Numbered from the stretch's first letter, positions 26,550 to 35,953 are shown. The stretch is 60,561 bases of DNA from Thiohalomonadaceae bacterium (GCA_041546305.1 JBFEWO010000001.1:1-60561), one strand, 5' to 3'. The notes: a model not told the origin generated them from the letters alone. Made by a program: numbers and translations.

Positions 26550-29519
26550 TTACTGCAGCACAGCAAGGTGTCCCTGTTCGACAATCGAAAGCACCTTGAG
26601 AACAATCTGCCGGCGCGAGATATGGTGCATCTCCATCAACTCCTCCGGCTTGCCGGAGCGCGGTTCAGTGGCGATGCCGGCACGGAAGACCTGGGCCAGC
26701 CGACCTATCTGGGCACTGACCGCATCCCCCAGGCCGCCGGACATGTTGTGATCCTCCACCACGAGCAGGTGCCCAGTCTCACGCGCTGCCTGCTCCAGTG
26801 TGGCCACATCCAGCGGGTTGATTGAATAGGCATCGATCACCCGGCTCCTGATCCCTCTTTTAAGCAATTCCTGGTGCGCCGCCAGTGCCTCATGCACTGT
26901 GATACCACAGGCCACGATAGTTATTGCATCGTGTAGCGCGCAAGTGAGCGTTTTGCTGCCACCGACGGTAAAGGCCTCCTCCTTGCTATAAATCACCGGT
27001 GTCTTGGAACGGGTGGTGCGCAGATAGACGATACCAGGGGTACGTACAGCCTGTTCGGTAAGGCGTGCCGCGCTGACCGCGTCGCTGGGATAGAGAATCG
27101 TGGTGCCTTCGACTGCACGGAACATGGCCAGGTCCTCCAGCCCCATCTGCGAGGGACCATCCTCGCCGATGGAGATCCCGGCATGGCTGCCGCAAAGGAT
27201 CAAGTGCGGAGGTCGGGTATGGCTGGCCATGCGTATGAAATCGTAGCCGCGGCTCAGGAAGGCCGAAAAGGAGGCCGCGACCGGGATTTTGCCACTGACC
27301 CCCAGACCCAGCGCGGTGCCGATCATGTTCTGCTCGGCGATATTGGCATCGAAAAAACGATCCGGATAACTCGCCTTGAACAGTTCCGTGTAGGTCGAAT
27401 TCTTCACATCACCATCGAGTACGACCAGATCCGGCAATACCTCGCCGAGCGCCTGCAACGCCTGGCCGAAGGCAGCCCGGGTGGCTACCTCCTCGCCAAG
27501 CCGGTAATTAACAGGGATCGGACTAATCTCTGCCACAGGCGAACGATGGCGCGCCGCCACACGACGCGGCACGACCGACAGGTGTTCCTTGGTAAGCGGG
27601 ATCTCGTTTAGCGCCGCATCGCGCTCACCGGGACTCAGGGATTTGCCATGATATCCCTCCCTGCCCTCGAGGAACGAGACCCCCTTGCCCTTGACGGTGC
27701 GCGCGAGGATCGCTGTCGGACCACCCACCCGGGCCAGCACCAATGCCCGGGATACTGCCATCCCATCATGACCGTCAATCTCCAGCGTCCTCCAGCCGAA
27801 GGCCTCAAAGCGCTTGGCCAACACTGCCGTATCGCCCCCGCTTGGTGCCGGTCCACTCTGCTGCAGCCCGTTCACATCGACGATCGCCACCAGATTCGAC
27901 AGGCCTTTTTCCGCTGCAAACTGTGCCGCCTCCCAGACCGCACCTTCGGAACACTCCCCGTCACCCAGCAGGCAAAAGACGCGCGCATCGATACCGTCCA
28001 TACTTTTGGCCAGGGCGATGCCATTGGCGGCACTCAGTCCCTGGCCAAGGGCACCGGTGGACACCTTGACCCAGGGATTGCGCGTTGTCGGATGCCCCTC
28101 GAGGGTACTGTCGATGCACCGCAGGCTGTTCAAATCCTCGTTGATGGCACCGGCAGCATGCAGGCTGGCCCAGAGGATCGGCGCGGCATGGCCCTTGGAG
28201 AGGATGAAGCTGTCGGTGTCCCGGGCGTTGGGATCAGACGGGTCCCAGCGCATCTCGCGAAAGAACAGTACGCTCATCAGTTCCGCGCACGAGAGGCAGG
28301 AGGTGGGATGACCGGAACCGGCTTCGGTGGTCATGCTGATCACATCGCGGCGAAGCTTGTCGGCCATCGCCTCCAGCTGAGCTGAATCACGCGCCAGGCA
28401 CAACCTGTCCATCCGCCGCTCGATGGTCGCCATGGACTCTTCATACGGATCGATAAATTTCTGCACCCCCTCGGCCACCAGCTGGCGGTCTACCGCCAGC
28501 ATGTCGATCCCGAGGGCCTCGAGCGCATCCATCACGGCCTCTGCATCGGCAACATCCTCCTCGACTGTTGGCATCACCCGGCCATGCTGCGAAAAGGCCT
28601 TAGCTGTCTGGATCGGCATCGTGGACACAGTGTGTTGGCCGATCAACGGCTCGACATAGTGGGTATCGGCATAGCCGGGCGACTTCACCCCGGTACTGGC
28701 CCAAACGATATCCTGCGGCTGCGCCCCAGCCCTGGCCAGCTGTTGCCAGCGAGGCTCCTCGAGATAACGCTGGAAACTGGCATAGACCAGTTTGGCATTG
28801 GCGATGGCGGTCAGCCCCAACAGATCCTTTGCCTGCTTCTGCAGTGAGGGAGAAACGTTGTGGTGAATACGCTGATGGAGGAGTTGATCGACCAGTACAT
28901 CGATGCGGCTCAGAAAGATGCTTGCCACTGAACGCATCGAATTGAGCGGTTTTCCTGCCTCCTGTCGGCGCTCCAGCGCATGCATGAAAGTCTCAAAAAC
29001 CTCACAATAGGTGGCAACACCAAACAGCAGGGTAATGTTGATATTCAGCCCCTCGAACAACAGCTCCTCGATGGCACGAAGCCCCATCGGGGTACCCGGT
29101 ACCTTGATATAGAGGTTAGGCTCGTCGACTGCATGCCATAACTCCCGCGCCGCCTCGATGGTCGTGAAATCGTCATAGGCAAGATGTGGCGAAACTTCTA
29201 TGCTGACAAAGCCCTCGGTGCCATCACTTTCGTCAAAGCGCCCCCGCAGCATTCGGCAGGCGGCTTTTACATCGCTGACCATCAGACGCTTGAGGCTCTG
29301 CTCCACATCAAATTCCTGCTCAAGGCAGTGGTGCAACTCCTTATCGTAGCGGTCGGAACCGGAGATGGCCTCATTGAAAATTTTAGGGTTGGAAGTGATG
29401 CCGCGAAGACCGAACTGCTCGATCCAGTTTTGCAGTTGCCCATCCTCAATCATCGGACGCGAGAGCGTGTCCAACCAAAAATGCTGCCCATGTTCATAAA
29501 GCGCAAGGAGCGGGTTCAT
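26550..29519 (-). CDS. Fusion protein: transaldolase + transketolase N-terminal module + transketolase C-terminal module
   Basis: ATG at 29519 has GGAGG 7 nt upstream. Transaldolase motifs: FWLDTLSR, GITSNP, VSIEVSP and the Schiff-base Lys context LYIKVPGT. Transketolase motifs: GSGHPTSCLS, SKGHAAP, GALGQGLS, the ThDP motif LLGDGECSEGAVWEA, then IAEQNMIG and a C-terminal domain. Confidence 0.85.
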   Translation of the reverse strand: MNPLLALYEHGQHFWLDTLSRPMIEDGQLQNWIEQFGLRGITSNPKIFNEAISGSDRYDKELHHCLEQEFDVEQSLKRLMVSDVKAACRMLRGRFDESDGTEGFVSIEVSPHLAYDDFTTIEAARELWHAVDEPNLYIKVPGTPMGLRAIEELLFEGLNINITLLFGVATYCEVFETFMHALERRQEAGKPLNSMRSVASIFLSRIDVLVDQLLHQRIHHNVSPSLQKQAKDLLGLTAIANAKLVYASFQRYLEEPRWQQLARAGAQPQDIVWASTGVKSPGYADTHYVEPLIGQHTVSTMPIQTAKAFSQHGRVMPTVEEDVADAEAVMDALEALGIDMLAVDRQLVAEGVQKFIDPYEESMATIERRMDRLCLARDSAQLEAMADKLRRDVISMTTEAGSGHPTSCLSCAELMSVLFFREMRWDPSDPNARDTDSFILSKGHAAPILWASLHAAGAINEDLNSLRCIDSTLEGHPTTRNPWVKVSTGALGQGLSAANGIALAKSMDGIDARVFCLLGDGECSEGAVWEAAQFAAEKGLSNLVAIVDVNGLQQSGPAPSGGDTAVLAKRFEAFGWRTLEIDGHDGMAVSRALVLARVGGPTAILARTVKGKGVSFLEGREGYHGKSLSPGERDAALNEIPLTKEHLSVVPRRVAARHRSPVAEISPIPVNYRLGEEVATRAAFGQALQALGEVLPDLVVLDGDVKNSTYTELFKASYPDRFFDANIAEQNMIGTALGLGVSGKIPVAASFSAFLSRGYDFIRMASHTRPPHLILCGSHAGISIGEDGPSQMGLEDLAMFRAVEGTTILYPSDAVSAARLTEQAVRTPGIVYLRTTRSKTPVIYSKEEAFTVGGSKTLTCALHDAITIVACGITVHEALAAHQELLKRGIRSRVIDAYSINPLDVATLEQAARETGHLLVVEDHNMSGGLGDAVSAQIGRLAQVFRAGIATEPRSGKPEELMEMHHISRRQIVLKVLSIVEQGHLAVLQ

Positions 29520-29719
29520 GGTTGCACCTCCGGAAGTGGTATGCAAAGGAATGTAGCGATAGAAAGCAAAAAGCGACCTGTATTTAAAAAAGGATAGGCA
29601 AGGAATGACACAACACCACTCGGAATAGTATTGCGGGCGCTCCCAGCGCCGACATTGTCATTTGCTGGACTTGGGCTAGTGTTCTTTATTCATCCTCCTC
29701 CATACCAACAGGAGCAGTC

Positions 29720-30751
29720 ATGCCTGATTCGGGTGAAGGTTGCCAGGGATTTCTCTCCCGCCGTGGCTTTATCCAGGTATTAGCCGCTGGAGCTGCATCG
29801 TCACTACTCAACAGTTGTTCACCAGAACAACAGGCACTCGGTTTTAGCCCGGAGCACCAGCGTCGCACCACCTTCATCACCTCCAACGAAGATTTCTACC
29901 TGGTGGCGGTCGATCCCTCCTACCGCCCTCCTTTCACACGCAACTCGGTGCAGCAAAATTGGCAGCTGGAGCTCATCGGCCTGGATGAGAAAACCATCCA
30001 TACTGGATACGCGGAACTGAACGAGCGGGCCGCACGGATTGTCCCCTATACCTTTGAATGTATAGGCAACCCGGTTGGTGGGAACCTTATCGGCAATGCC
30101 AACTGGCATGTGCTGCCGCTAAAGGAATACCTGGCACAGGCTGGTCATTCCTCAGAGGTAAAGAGTGTCATGTTCGAGGGGCTGGATGATTTTTATTCCA
30201 GTGTCTCTATTGAGAGAGCAACGGACGACTATTCCTTTATTGCAATGAAAATGAACAGTGTGCCACTTCCTGCTGGGCATGGCTTTCCCGCTCGTGTTAT
30301 TCTTCCCGACCTCTACGGCATGAAGCAGCCGCGCTGGCTACGTCGCATCACCCTGCTTCGCGACACTGACACCACGTCTTACTGGGAACGCCGCGGCTGG
30401 GCCGGAGAAGTACCGGTAAAAACCTTCTCACGTCTCGATCCGATAAAGCAACTCTCCACAGGTCAATCGGCACAACTGACCGGTACCGCGTTTGCCGGAG
30501 CGCGAGGGATCCGAAGTGTGGAAGTTACCCTGGATAACGGGGTAACTTGGGAGGCTTGCCGTCTGGAGACCCCAAGCCAATACCACGTGTGGTCGCTATG
30601 GAGCTATCAGTGGGAAAACCCGCCGCCCGGCAGAAGCACCATCCAGGTGCGAGCCACCGACGATACCGGCGAGCTGCAGATGGCCAAGCGCACGCGCAGC
30701 TACCCAGCTGGCGCCAGTGGCTATCACCAAGAGAGCCTAGTAATTACCTGA
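29720..30751 (+). CDS. Sulfite-oxidase-family molybdopterin oxidoreductase, Tat-exported
   Basis: The twin-arginine signal is SRRGFIQVLAAGAASSLL. The candidate Mo-ligand Cys lies in YTFECIGN. The C-terminal dimerisation-type Ig domain reads GIRSVEVTLDNGVTWEACRL....WSLWSYQW. Confidence 0.8.
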   Translation: MPDSGEGCQGFLSRRGFIQVLAAGAASSLLNSCSPEQQALGFSPEHQRRTTFITSNEDFYLVAVDPSYRPPFTRNSVQQNWQLELIGLDEKTIHTGYAELNERAARIVPYTFECIGNPVGGNLIGNANWHVLPLKEYLAQAGHSSEVKSVMFEGLDDFYSSVSIERATDDYSFIAMKMNSVPLPAGHGFPARVILPDLYGMKQPRWLRRITLLRDTDTTSYWERRGWAGEVPVKTFSRLDPIKQLSTGQSAQLTGTAFAGARGIRSVEVTLDNGVTWEACRLETPSQYHVWSLWSYQWENPPPGRSTIQVRATDDTGELQMAKRTRSYPAGASGYHQESLVIT

Positions 30752-30841
30752 GCGTTATCCGGACAGAAACAGTAACAGCTGGTTAAGATATGAGAAAAAC
30801 GGCAGGGACTTCGCGACATTCCCCTCGCGAAGACCCTGATA

Positions 30842-31213
30842 TTATTCACTGCTGCCGAAAGAAGGATCGGTAGTATAGGGTGGTAATGGCAGGCCGGCGA
30901 TCCTGCTGCCCTGGGTCACCGGACCACCGGGAAACAGGGTGTAGAGATAACGTCTGCCTCCCTTGTCGCCAAAGCGCTCCTCCAGCAAACCAACAACCTG
31001 ACGGCCACTCTTCGCCTGCCCTTCATGTAGAAATCGATCGCGGAGAAAATTGACCACATCCCAATGTTCATCGGATAGAGCAATATTCTCCTCGTCGGCC
31101 AGTTCCCGGGCACGTTCCATCGACCAAGTCGGAAGTTCCATCAAATATCCTTCCGGATCCTGCTCAATGGCCCGTTCGTTCAGAATATATCGATTGATGT
31201 CTGTACCAGGCAT
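30842..31213 (-). CDS. TusE/DsrC-family protein that lacks both conserved C-terminal cysteines
   Basis: DsrC-like core: DPEGYL..LP.WS...A.ELA..E.I.LSDEHWDVVNFLR. The C-terminus ...LFPGGPVTQGSRIAGLPLPPYTTDPSFGSSE contains no cysteine. Confidence 0.75.
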   Translation of the reverse strand: MPGTDINRYILNERAIEQDPEGYLMELPTWSMERARELADEENIALSDEHWDVVNFLRDRFLHEGQAKSGRQVVGLLEERFGDKGGRRYLYTLFPGGPVTQGSRIAGLPLPPYTTDPSFGSSE

Positions 31214-31446
31214 GATAATCACCTCCTCTAAATCACGTTGCTGAAAGGATGAAAACTTGAATAAGAATTTAACTAAAAGTATAGATTCCGTGAGTTGATA
31301 AACCAGCCGAAAGCACCACTCTTTTCACAACATCAGGGGGACAGACCAAAAGTGCTTCGTCCATGGCATCGACATTGCGTACCTTATTCTCCCCTAGCAG
31401 AAAAATATTTCGTCAATGGACATTTAGGCCGGTTTTGAACCACTAT

Positions 31447-31665
31447 TTATTTGGAGGATTTCTGCTTTTGTCGCTCAGCTATACGCTCATTCCAGCGCAA
31501 ATAACAACCATGGCCACAAAAATAATAGATATATTCCTTGCCCTCGATGTTCAAGGATTGCGCGCGCGGGATCTCCTGTTGGCAAACTGCACAGGAAACC
31601 GGTTCCGGCTCATCCACTGGAAGCTCAGTCACGTTGGTTCCTCCTCTGTACATAACCCTGGCCAT
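31447..31665 (-). CDS. Small Cys-rich zinc-ribbon-like protein (DUF3330-like)
   Basis: It is about 72 aa from MARVMY. The motif reads VSCAVCQQEIP....YYFCGHGCYLRW. No clear RBS was seen, and the ORF-track N-terminal extension looks unlikely. Confidence 0.45.
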   Translation of the reverse strand: MARVMYRGGTNVTELPVDEPEPVSCAVCQQEIPRAQSLNIEGKEYIYYFCGHGCYLRWNERIAERQKQKSSK

Positions 31666-31872
31666 TGAGAGCAGCGATCGGTCACTCGGAATTCGCGTCC
31701 TGGCACAGGTCAAGTATAGGGAATTACCCCGGTTCATCCAGCAAGCAAGGTGCTGCTTCAGGAGACCGGCGCCCTGACTACAATGATATAACCCAGGCAC
31801 CCAGTGCGATCTTACTCAGGGTTGGCCTATGCTTTTGCTCCAGCAGCGTGCAGTGTAAAGTGACACACACAT

Positions 31873-31888
31873 TGACAGAATGCTGTCA
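31873..31888. promoter_or_regulatory. Palindrome TGACAG-aatg-CTGTCA overlapping a TTGACA -35-like hexamer upstream of marR
   Basis: It is a perfect 6 bp inverted repeat 22 nt upstream of the MarR start at 31910. Confidence 0.35.
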
Positions 31889-31909
31889 TAATGATCGAAA
31901 TGAGGTGTT

Positions 31910-32350
31910 ATGGCCTTAACAGAGCAGGGTAAAGCACTGAATGCGCTAATCGATGAGCTGTTTCAACTCAACGGCCAGTTGCTGGCGGAGGCTGACAAGC
32001 TCAGCGCACCCTTCGGCCTGACAGGAGCGCGCTGGCAGGTGCTTGGGGCACTCAAACTGGAGGATCGCCCACTGACCGTGGCCCAGATTGCCCGGCGCAT
32101 GGGCCTGCAGCGTCAGAGTGTGCAACGGTTAAGCGACATTCTCGTTGAGCAGGGGATCCTTGCCTATCACTCAAACCCCGACCACAAACGTGCCAAGCTG
32201 GTCGACTTGACCCCCAAAGGGTGCGAGATATTCAATAATGCCAGCACCAGCCAGACCGCCTGGGCCAACGCCATCACTGATGACTTCAGCATAGAGGAGC
32301 TGATATTGGCCAGCGAGGTGCTGCACAAACTCAAGCAGCGACTCAGCTAA
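31910..32350 (+). CDS. MarR-family transcriptional regulator
   Basis: The winged-helix core reads LTVAQIARRMGLQRQSVQRLSDILVEQGIL......DHKRAKLV.LT.KG. Confidence 0.85.
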   Translation: MALTEQGKALNALIDELFQLNGQLLAEADKLSAPFGLTGARWQVLGALKLEDRPLTVAQIARRMGLQRQSVQRLSDILVEQGILAYHSNPDHKRAKLVDLTPKGCEIFNNASTSQTAWANAITDDFSIEELILASEVLHKLKQRLS

Positions 32351-32430
32351 ACTACGCTCCCCTCCCGATTTGAATCCTGTACCCGCTTGCTGTAGGGTGA
32401 AAAGGCAATAATCTCTGCCCGGAATAATTC

Positions 32431-33915
32431 ATGGTTATTGCCAGTTTTCTCGCCTTTCTTTTGTTGTTCGTCTTTATCGGTCTTCTCTCGCTCCGACAGC
32501 GACAAAAAAACAGTACCGATTATCTTCTCGCCGGCCACAACGTAAAACCCTGGCTGGTGGCCCTTTCCGCTGTCGCCACCAATAACAGCGGTTACATGTT
32601 CATCGGGATGATTGGTTATACCTACAGTGTGGGTCTGTCTTCGATCTGGATGATGCTCGGCTGGGTGGCTGGCGACTTTATCGCCTCCCTCCTGGTCCAT
32701 CGTCCGATTCGCGAAATGACGGAACGGCAGAATGTTCATACCTTTGGCGGCCTGTTGAGTCACTGGCACGATACCAATTATTCCCTGCTGCGGTTTCTTG
32801 TCGGGCTCATCACCCTGCTGTTTCTTGGAACCTATGCGGCGGCCCAGCTCAGCGCCGGCAGCAAGGCGCTGCATGTGCTGTTTGACTGGGAACTGTACAG
32901 CGGGGCACTCATCGGCACGCTGATCGTCCTGCTCTACTCCTTTGCCGGAGGAATCCGCGCCTCCATCTGGACCGATGCCGCGCAGTCTATCGTCATGTTT
33001 GTGGCAATGGCGTTGATGCTCTACATCACCTTCGATAACCTGGACGGATTCAGTGGCCTCAGTGACCGACTGGGGCAGGTGGGTGAACACTACCTTTCGG
33101 TGATGCCGCAGGATTTGAGCTATGGCCCCCTGCTCGGCAGTCTGGGCTTTGTGCTTGGCTGGCTGTTTGCCGGCTACGGCGTCGCCGGACAGCCGCATAT
33201 CATGGTCCGCTTCATGACTATGGACAGGCCGGAAAACATTAACCGTGTCCGCCTCTATTATTACAGCTGGTTTTTCCTGTTTTACGCCATGACTGTCGGT
33301 GTCGGTCTCGCCGCACGGGCACTGCTGCCGGAAACCGAAAGCTTCGATGCCGAGCTGGCCCTGCCGACGCTGGCCCAGGAGCTGCTCCCACCGGCCCTGG
33401 TGGGTATGGTACTCGCCGGGATTTTCGCCGCCACCATCTCCACTGCAGACTCACTGATTCTCAGTTGCGCCGCTTCACTCACCCGAGACTTTCACCGACA
33501 GAAGGTGGATCACTATCTCATCACCAAGGGAGGCACGGTGGTTATCAGCCTGCTGGCACTGGGGATCGCACTGTTTAGCGACAAAAGCGTATTTGCCCTG
33601 GTACTCGATGCCTGGGGCGTCCTCGGTGCCGCTTTTGCTCCACTACTGACGGTCTATGCGCTGGGAAAACGCCCCACTCAGGGCCTCGCCATTGCCATGG
33701 TTCTCAGTGGTATTGCGACGGTCTATGTCTGGCCGCTGTTCATACCAAATCTCACTTATGCCATTGCCCCCGGTATTATCATTGGCTTTGGTATCTACCT
33801 CGCCGGAGCCCGACTCGGCCTGGTCATGCCCGCGGTAAAAAGTCATACCTCATTCTCACGGCGAACGATATTTTTGCGACCTGGTCGTACAAATTCCTCA
33901 TTCGAAGAAATATAA
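32431..33915 (+). CDS. Sodium:solute symporter (SSS family, PutP-like)
   Basis: There are about 13 transmembrane helices. The N-terminal motif is DYLLAGHNVKPWLVALSAVATNNSGYMFIG and an FAGGIRASIWTDAAQ block is present. Confidence 0.9.
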   Translation: MVIASFLAFLLLFVFIGLLSLRQRQKNSTDYLLAGHNVKPWLVALSAVATNNSGYMFIGMIGYTYSVGLSSIWMMLGWVAGDFIASLLVHRPIREMTERQNVHTFGGLLSHWHDTNYSLLRFLVGLITLLFLGTYAAAQLSAGSKALHVLFDWELYSGALIGTLIVLLYSFAGGIRASIWTDAAQSIVMFVAMALMLYITFDNLDGFSGLSDRLGQVGEHYLSVMPQDLSYGPLLGSLGFVLGWLFAGYGVAGQPHIMVRFMTMDRPENINRVRLYYYSWFFLFYAMTVGVGLAARALLPETESFDAELALPTLAQELLPPALVGMVLAGIFAATISTADSLILSCAASLTRDFHRQKVDHYLITKGGTVVISLLALGIALFSDKSVFALVLDAWGVLGAAFAPLLTVYALGKRPTQGLAIAMVLSGIATVYVWPLFIPNLTYAIAPGIIIGFGIYLAGARLGLVMPAVKSHTSFSRRTIFLRPGRTNSSFEEI

Positions 33916-33945
33916 TCAGATGGCTATCGCTACAGGACCGATTCC

Positions 33946-34335
33946 ATGGCCACACTAATTCAATACAAAAACAATGTTCCTGGCGTGAAGATCGCCATCG
34001 ACAAGTCCCCCTATCGCATCGGGCGCAGCGAAGAGAACGATCTAAGCATTAACGATGCGCTCTCCAGTCGAGAGCATGCCCTTATCGAGAAAGTCAGTAG
34101 CGAACAGGACCCCCAGCTTAGCCACTATGTGCTTCGTGACCTGAGCAGCACCAACGGCACCTTTGTTAACCACAATCCGATTACCGTACACCTTTTGCTC
34201 GACGGCGATATGATCCGTATCGGCCAAACCTTCTTTCGCTACAGCGAGTCAGGCCAAAGTGAAATGGGCGAAACCAAGATTCTCAAAAAGAGCATCATTC
34301 CCGGTGTGTTCTACACCACCGACAAGGAAAAATGA
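33946..34335 (+). CDS. Stand-alone FHA-domain protein
   Basis: YRIGRSEENDL.I.D...SREHA.I.......LRDL.STNGTFVN..PI....L.DGD.IRIG. It lies 31 nt downstream of the symporter. Confidence 0.85.
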   Translation: MATLIQYKNNVPGVKIAIDKSPYRIGRSEENDLSINDALSSREHALIEKVSSEQDPQLSHYVLRDLSSTNGTFVNHNPITVHLLLDGDMIRIGQTFFRYSESGQSEMGETKILKKSIIPGVFYTTDKEK

Positions 34336-34663
34336 TCTATAAAAGGGTGCCCCGTTCATGCCAGGCCTGCGGTAATTGATTATCACCTGAAGACAAGGCG
34401 ATTTTCTCTCGCATCACTCTCCAATCTGGATGCCTCAGGTAATCCAGGCAATATGCGCCCAATCTAGGTCATAAAGAGCATTAATTTCCCGCACCAGGCT
34501 TATAAATTGAATTGTTAGTCAAGCCTCCCCCGGTATCGTATACTCGAAACGACATGCAGTTTATGACATTGGACGTTTTGGACATCACCCTTCCTTGTAT
34601 CTCCTTAACACCCCGTTTCATGATCTGCACACAACCATAAAGTATTTCCAAAAGGTAAGAATC

Positions 34664-34867
34664 ATGGCAACAGGCACAGTGAAATGGTTTAACGAGTCCA
34701 AAGGCTTTGGCTTTCTCGCCCAGGACAATGGTGGTCCGGATGTTTTTGTCCACTTCAGCGCCATCCAGTCTTCCGGTTTCAAGACGCTGAGTGAAGGACA
34801 GAGGGTTAGCTTCGACGTTCAGGACGGCCCCAAGGGGCTGCAGGCAAGCAACGTCGTTCCCCAGTAA
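34664..34867 (+). CDS. cspA: Cold-shock protein (CspA family)
   Basis: [35 protein letters not shown] contains the RNP1 and RNP2 motifs. It is preceded by a long untranslated upstream region. Confidence 0.95.
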   Translation: MATGTVKWFNESKGFGFLAQDNGGPDVFVHFSAIQSSGFKTLSEGQRVSFDVQDGPKGLQASNVVPQ

Positions 34868-34894
34868 TACCTCCGTCTATCCGGACAGTATGTG

Positions 34895-34920
34895 ACCCCG
34901 CCCCTGGCGGGGTTTTTGTT
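34895..34920 (+). terminator. Rho-independent terminator of the first csp gene
   Basis: The stem is CCCCGC...GCGGGG and it is followed by TTTTTGTTTT. Confidence 0.75.
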
Positions 34921-35012
34921 TTCGTCCTCCCCCGCCTTCGTCCCTGTTGCACTTGAATGAAAGCCCGCTACTGTTGATGTAATCAGTCACAACACCACAG
35001 TGGAGAGTCATC

Positions 35013-35405
35013 ATGAAACTGTTCATTACCACCTTGGCAACGTTAGTCCTCGCTGCCATTCCACTCACACCTGTATCAGCCTCGCAACATGGGATGGCAG
35101 GCGAGAAAGCCTCCGACCAAGCCGAAGAGATGACGGCACAACACCCGCAGGGAATGAAACCGGAAGAGATGCGTGGTAATGCAAAGCAGCAAATGCAGCA
35201 AACCCAGGAACAAGCAGAGAAGATGGAAGGTAATGGCGAGGGCGCCATGGAGCAGCAGCGACAGATGGAGCAGGAAAGGATAAGAAGAAATGATGGCGAG
35301 GGAGCGATGGAACAACAGCGCGAGATGGAGCATAAAGAGTCCGGGGAAGGAGCCCACGAGGGCGAGGAAAAGCGAGAGCGCAAGTGGTGGCGCTTCTGGG
35401 AATAA
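35013..35405 (+). CDS. Secreted low-complexity E/Q/M-rich repeat protein
   Basis: It has a signal peptide (…PVSASQ) and an internal repeat, GEGAMEQQRQMEQE / GEGAMEQQREMEHK. The C-terminus is KWWRFWE. Confidence 0.55.
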   Translation: MKLFITTLATLVLAAIPLTPVSASQHGMAGEKASDQAEEMTAQHPQGMKPEEMRGNAKQQMQQTQEQAEKMEGNGEGAMEQQRQMEQERIRRNDGEGAMEQQREMEHKESGEGAHEGEEKRERKWWRFWE

Positions 35406-35469
35406 CGCCCAGGTTTGTCCTATGGCATTCTTGCCGCCCGGCCACGTGCCGGGTAGCACTAAATACCGC

Positions 35470-35706
35470 CTACTTTCCTATCTCACCAATAATACGGTCG
35501 ACTTCCTTCTTCCCCTGATTGGTCAGGCAACGTAGCCTGTCTGTCGTACACTCGGCTTTGCAGGAAGCCGTGCGAAGATCAGAACCATAATGGCGCACGC
35601 TGCACCAGCTATCGCATGCCTTGGCATTGAGATCACAACTGCCCCATAACGGCAGGGTCAACGCGGCAATGAGTGTTACCACCACGATGAGATAGAGCTT
35701 TTTCAT
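35470..35706 (-). CDS. Small secreted six-cysteine protein
   Basis: MKKLYLIVVVTLIAALTLPLWGS is a signal peptide. The mature part has six Cys: C-x6-C-x3-C-x13-C-x3-C-x6-C. Confidence 0.5.
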   Translation of the reverse strand: MKKLYLIVVVTLIAALTLPLWGSCDLNAKACDSWCSVRHYGSDLRTASCKAECTTDRLRCLTNQGKKEVDRIIGEIGK

Positions 35707-35953
35707 AACCACTCCTGTTTGCACCAGTACCAGAGCCTAATGGATCGTGCCACTCACGGCGACTGCCCCTCACCGGTAATGTGACACAGGTGTCATTATC
35801 GCCCCCACCTATTTCCTGTCCCCTGCAGCCCCAGCTGGCAATACCTGCCTTTACTGCTAGTTTTTTACCATGCCTCGAGCGCAAAGTGTGTGAGGTAAGC
35901 GCGATGCAGGCACCTCTCAAGCAGCCGCCCCTTAGTTCGGTGAGGGCTCGACC

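Noticed and set aside
32347-33198. A 283 aa ORF on the minus strand, antisense to the sodium:solute symporter.
   Set aside because: It lies entirely within a strongly supported transporter gene. Its composition is biased and low-complexity (Q/G/H/D-rich) and it has no motifs. It is a typical shadow ORF in GC-rich DNA.
33946-34335. The stand-alone FHA protein, considered as a marker of a Ser/Thr-kinase, T6SS or defence module.
   Set aside because: No kinase, phosphatase, T6SS or other partner gene is present in the window. It simply follows a symporter gene, so there is no basis for calling a system.
35065-35459. Three overlapping minus-strand ORFs (126-168 aa), antisense to the E/Q/M-rich secreted protein.
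   Set aside because: They are a consequence of the GAG/CAG/ATG-rich repeat, whose complement is open in several frames. The + strand product has a proper signal peptide and start context.
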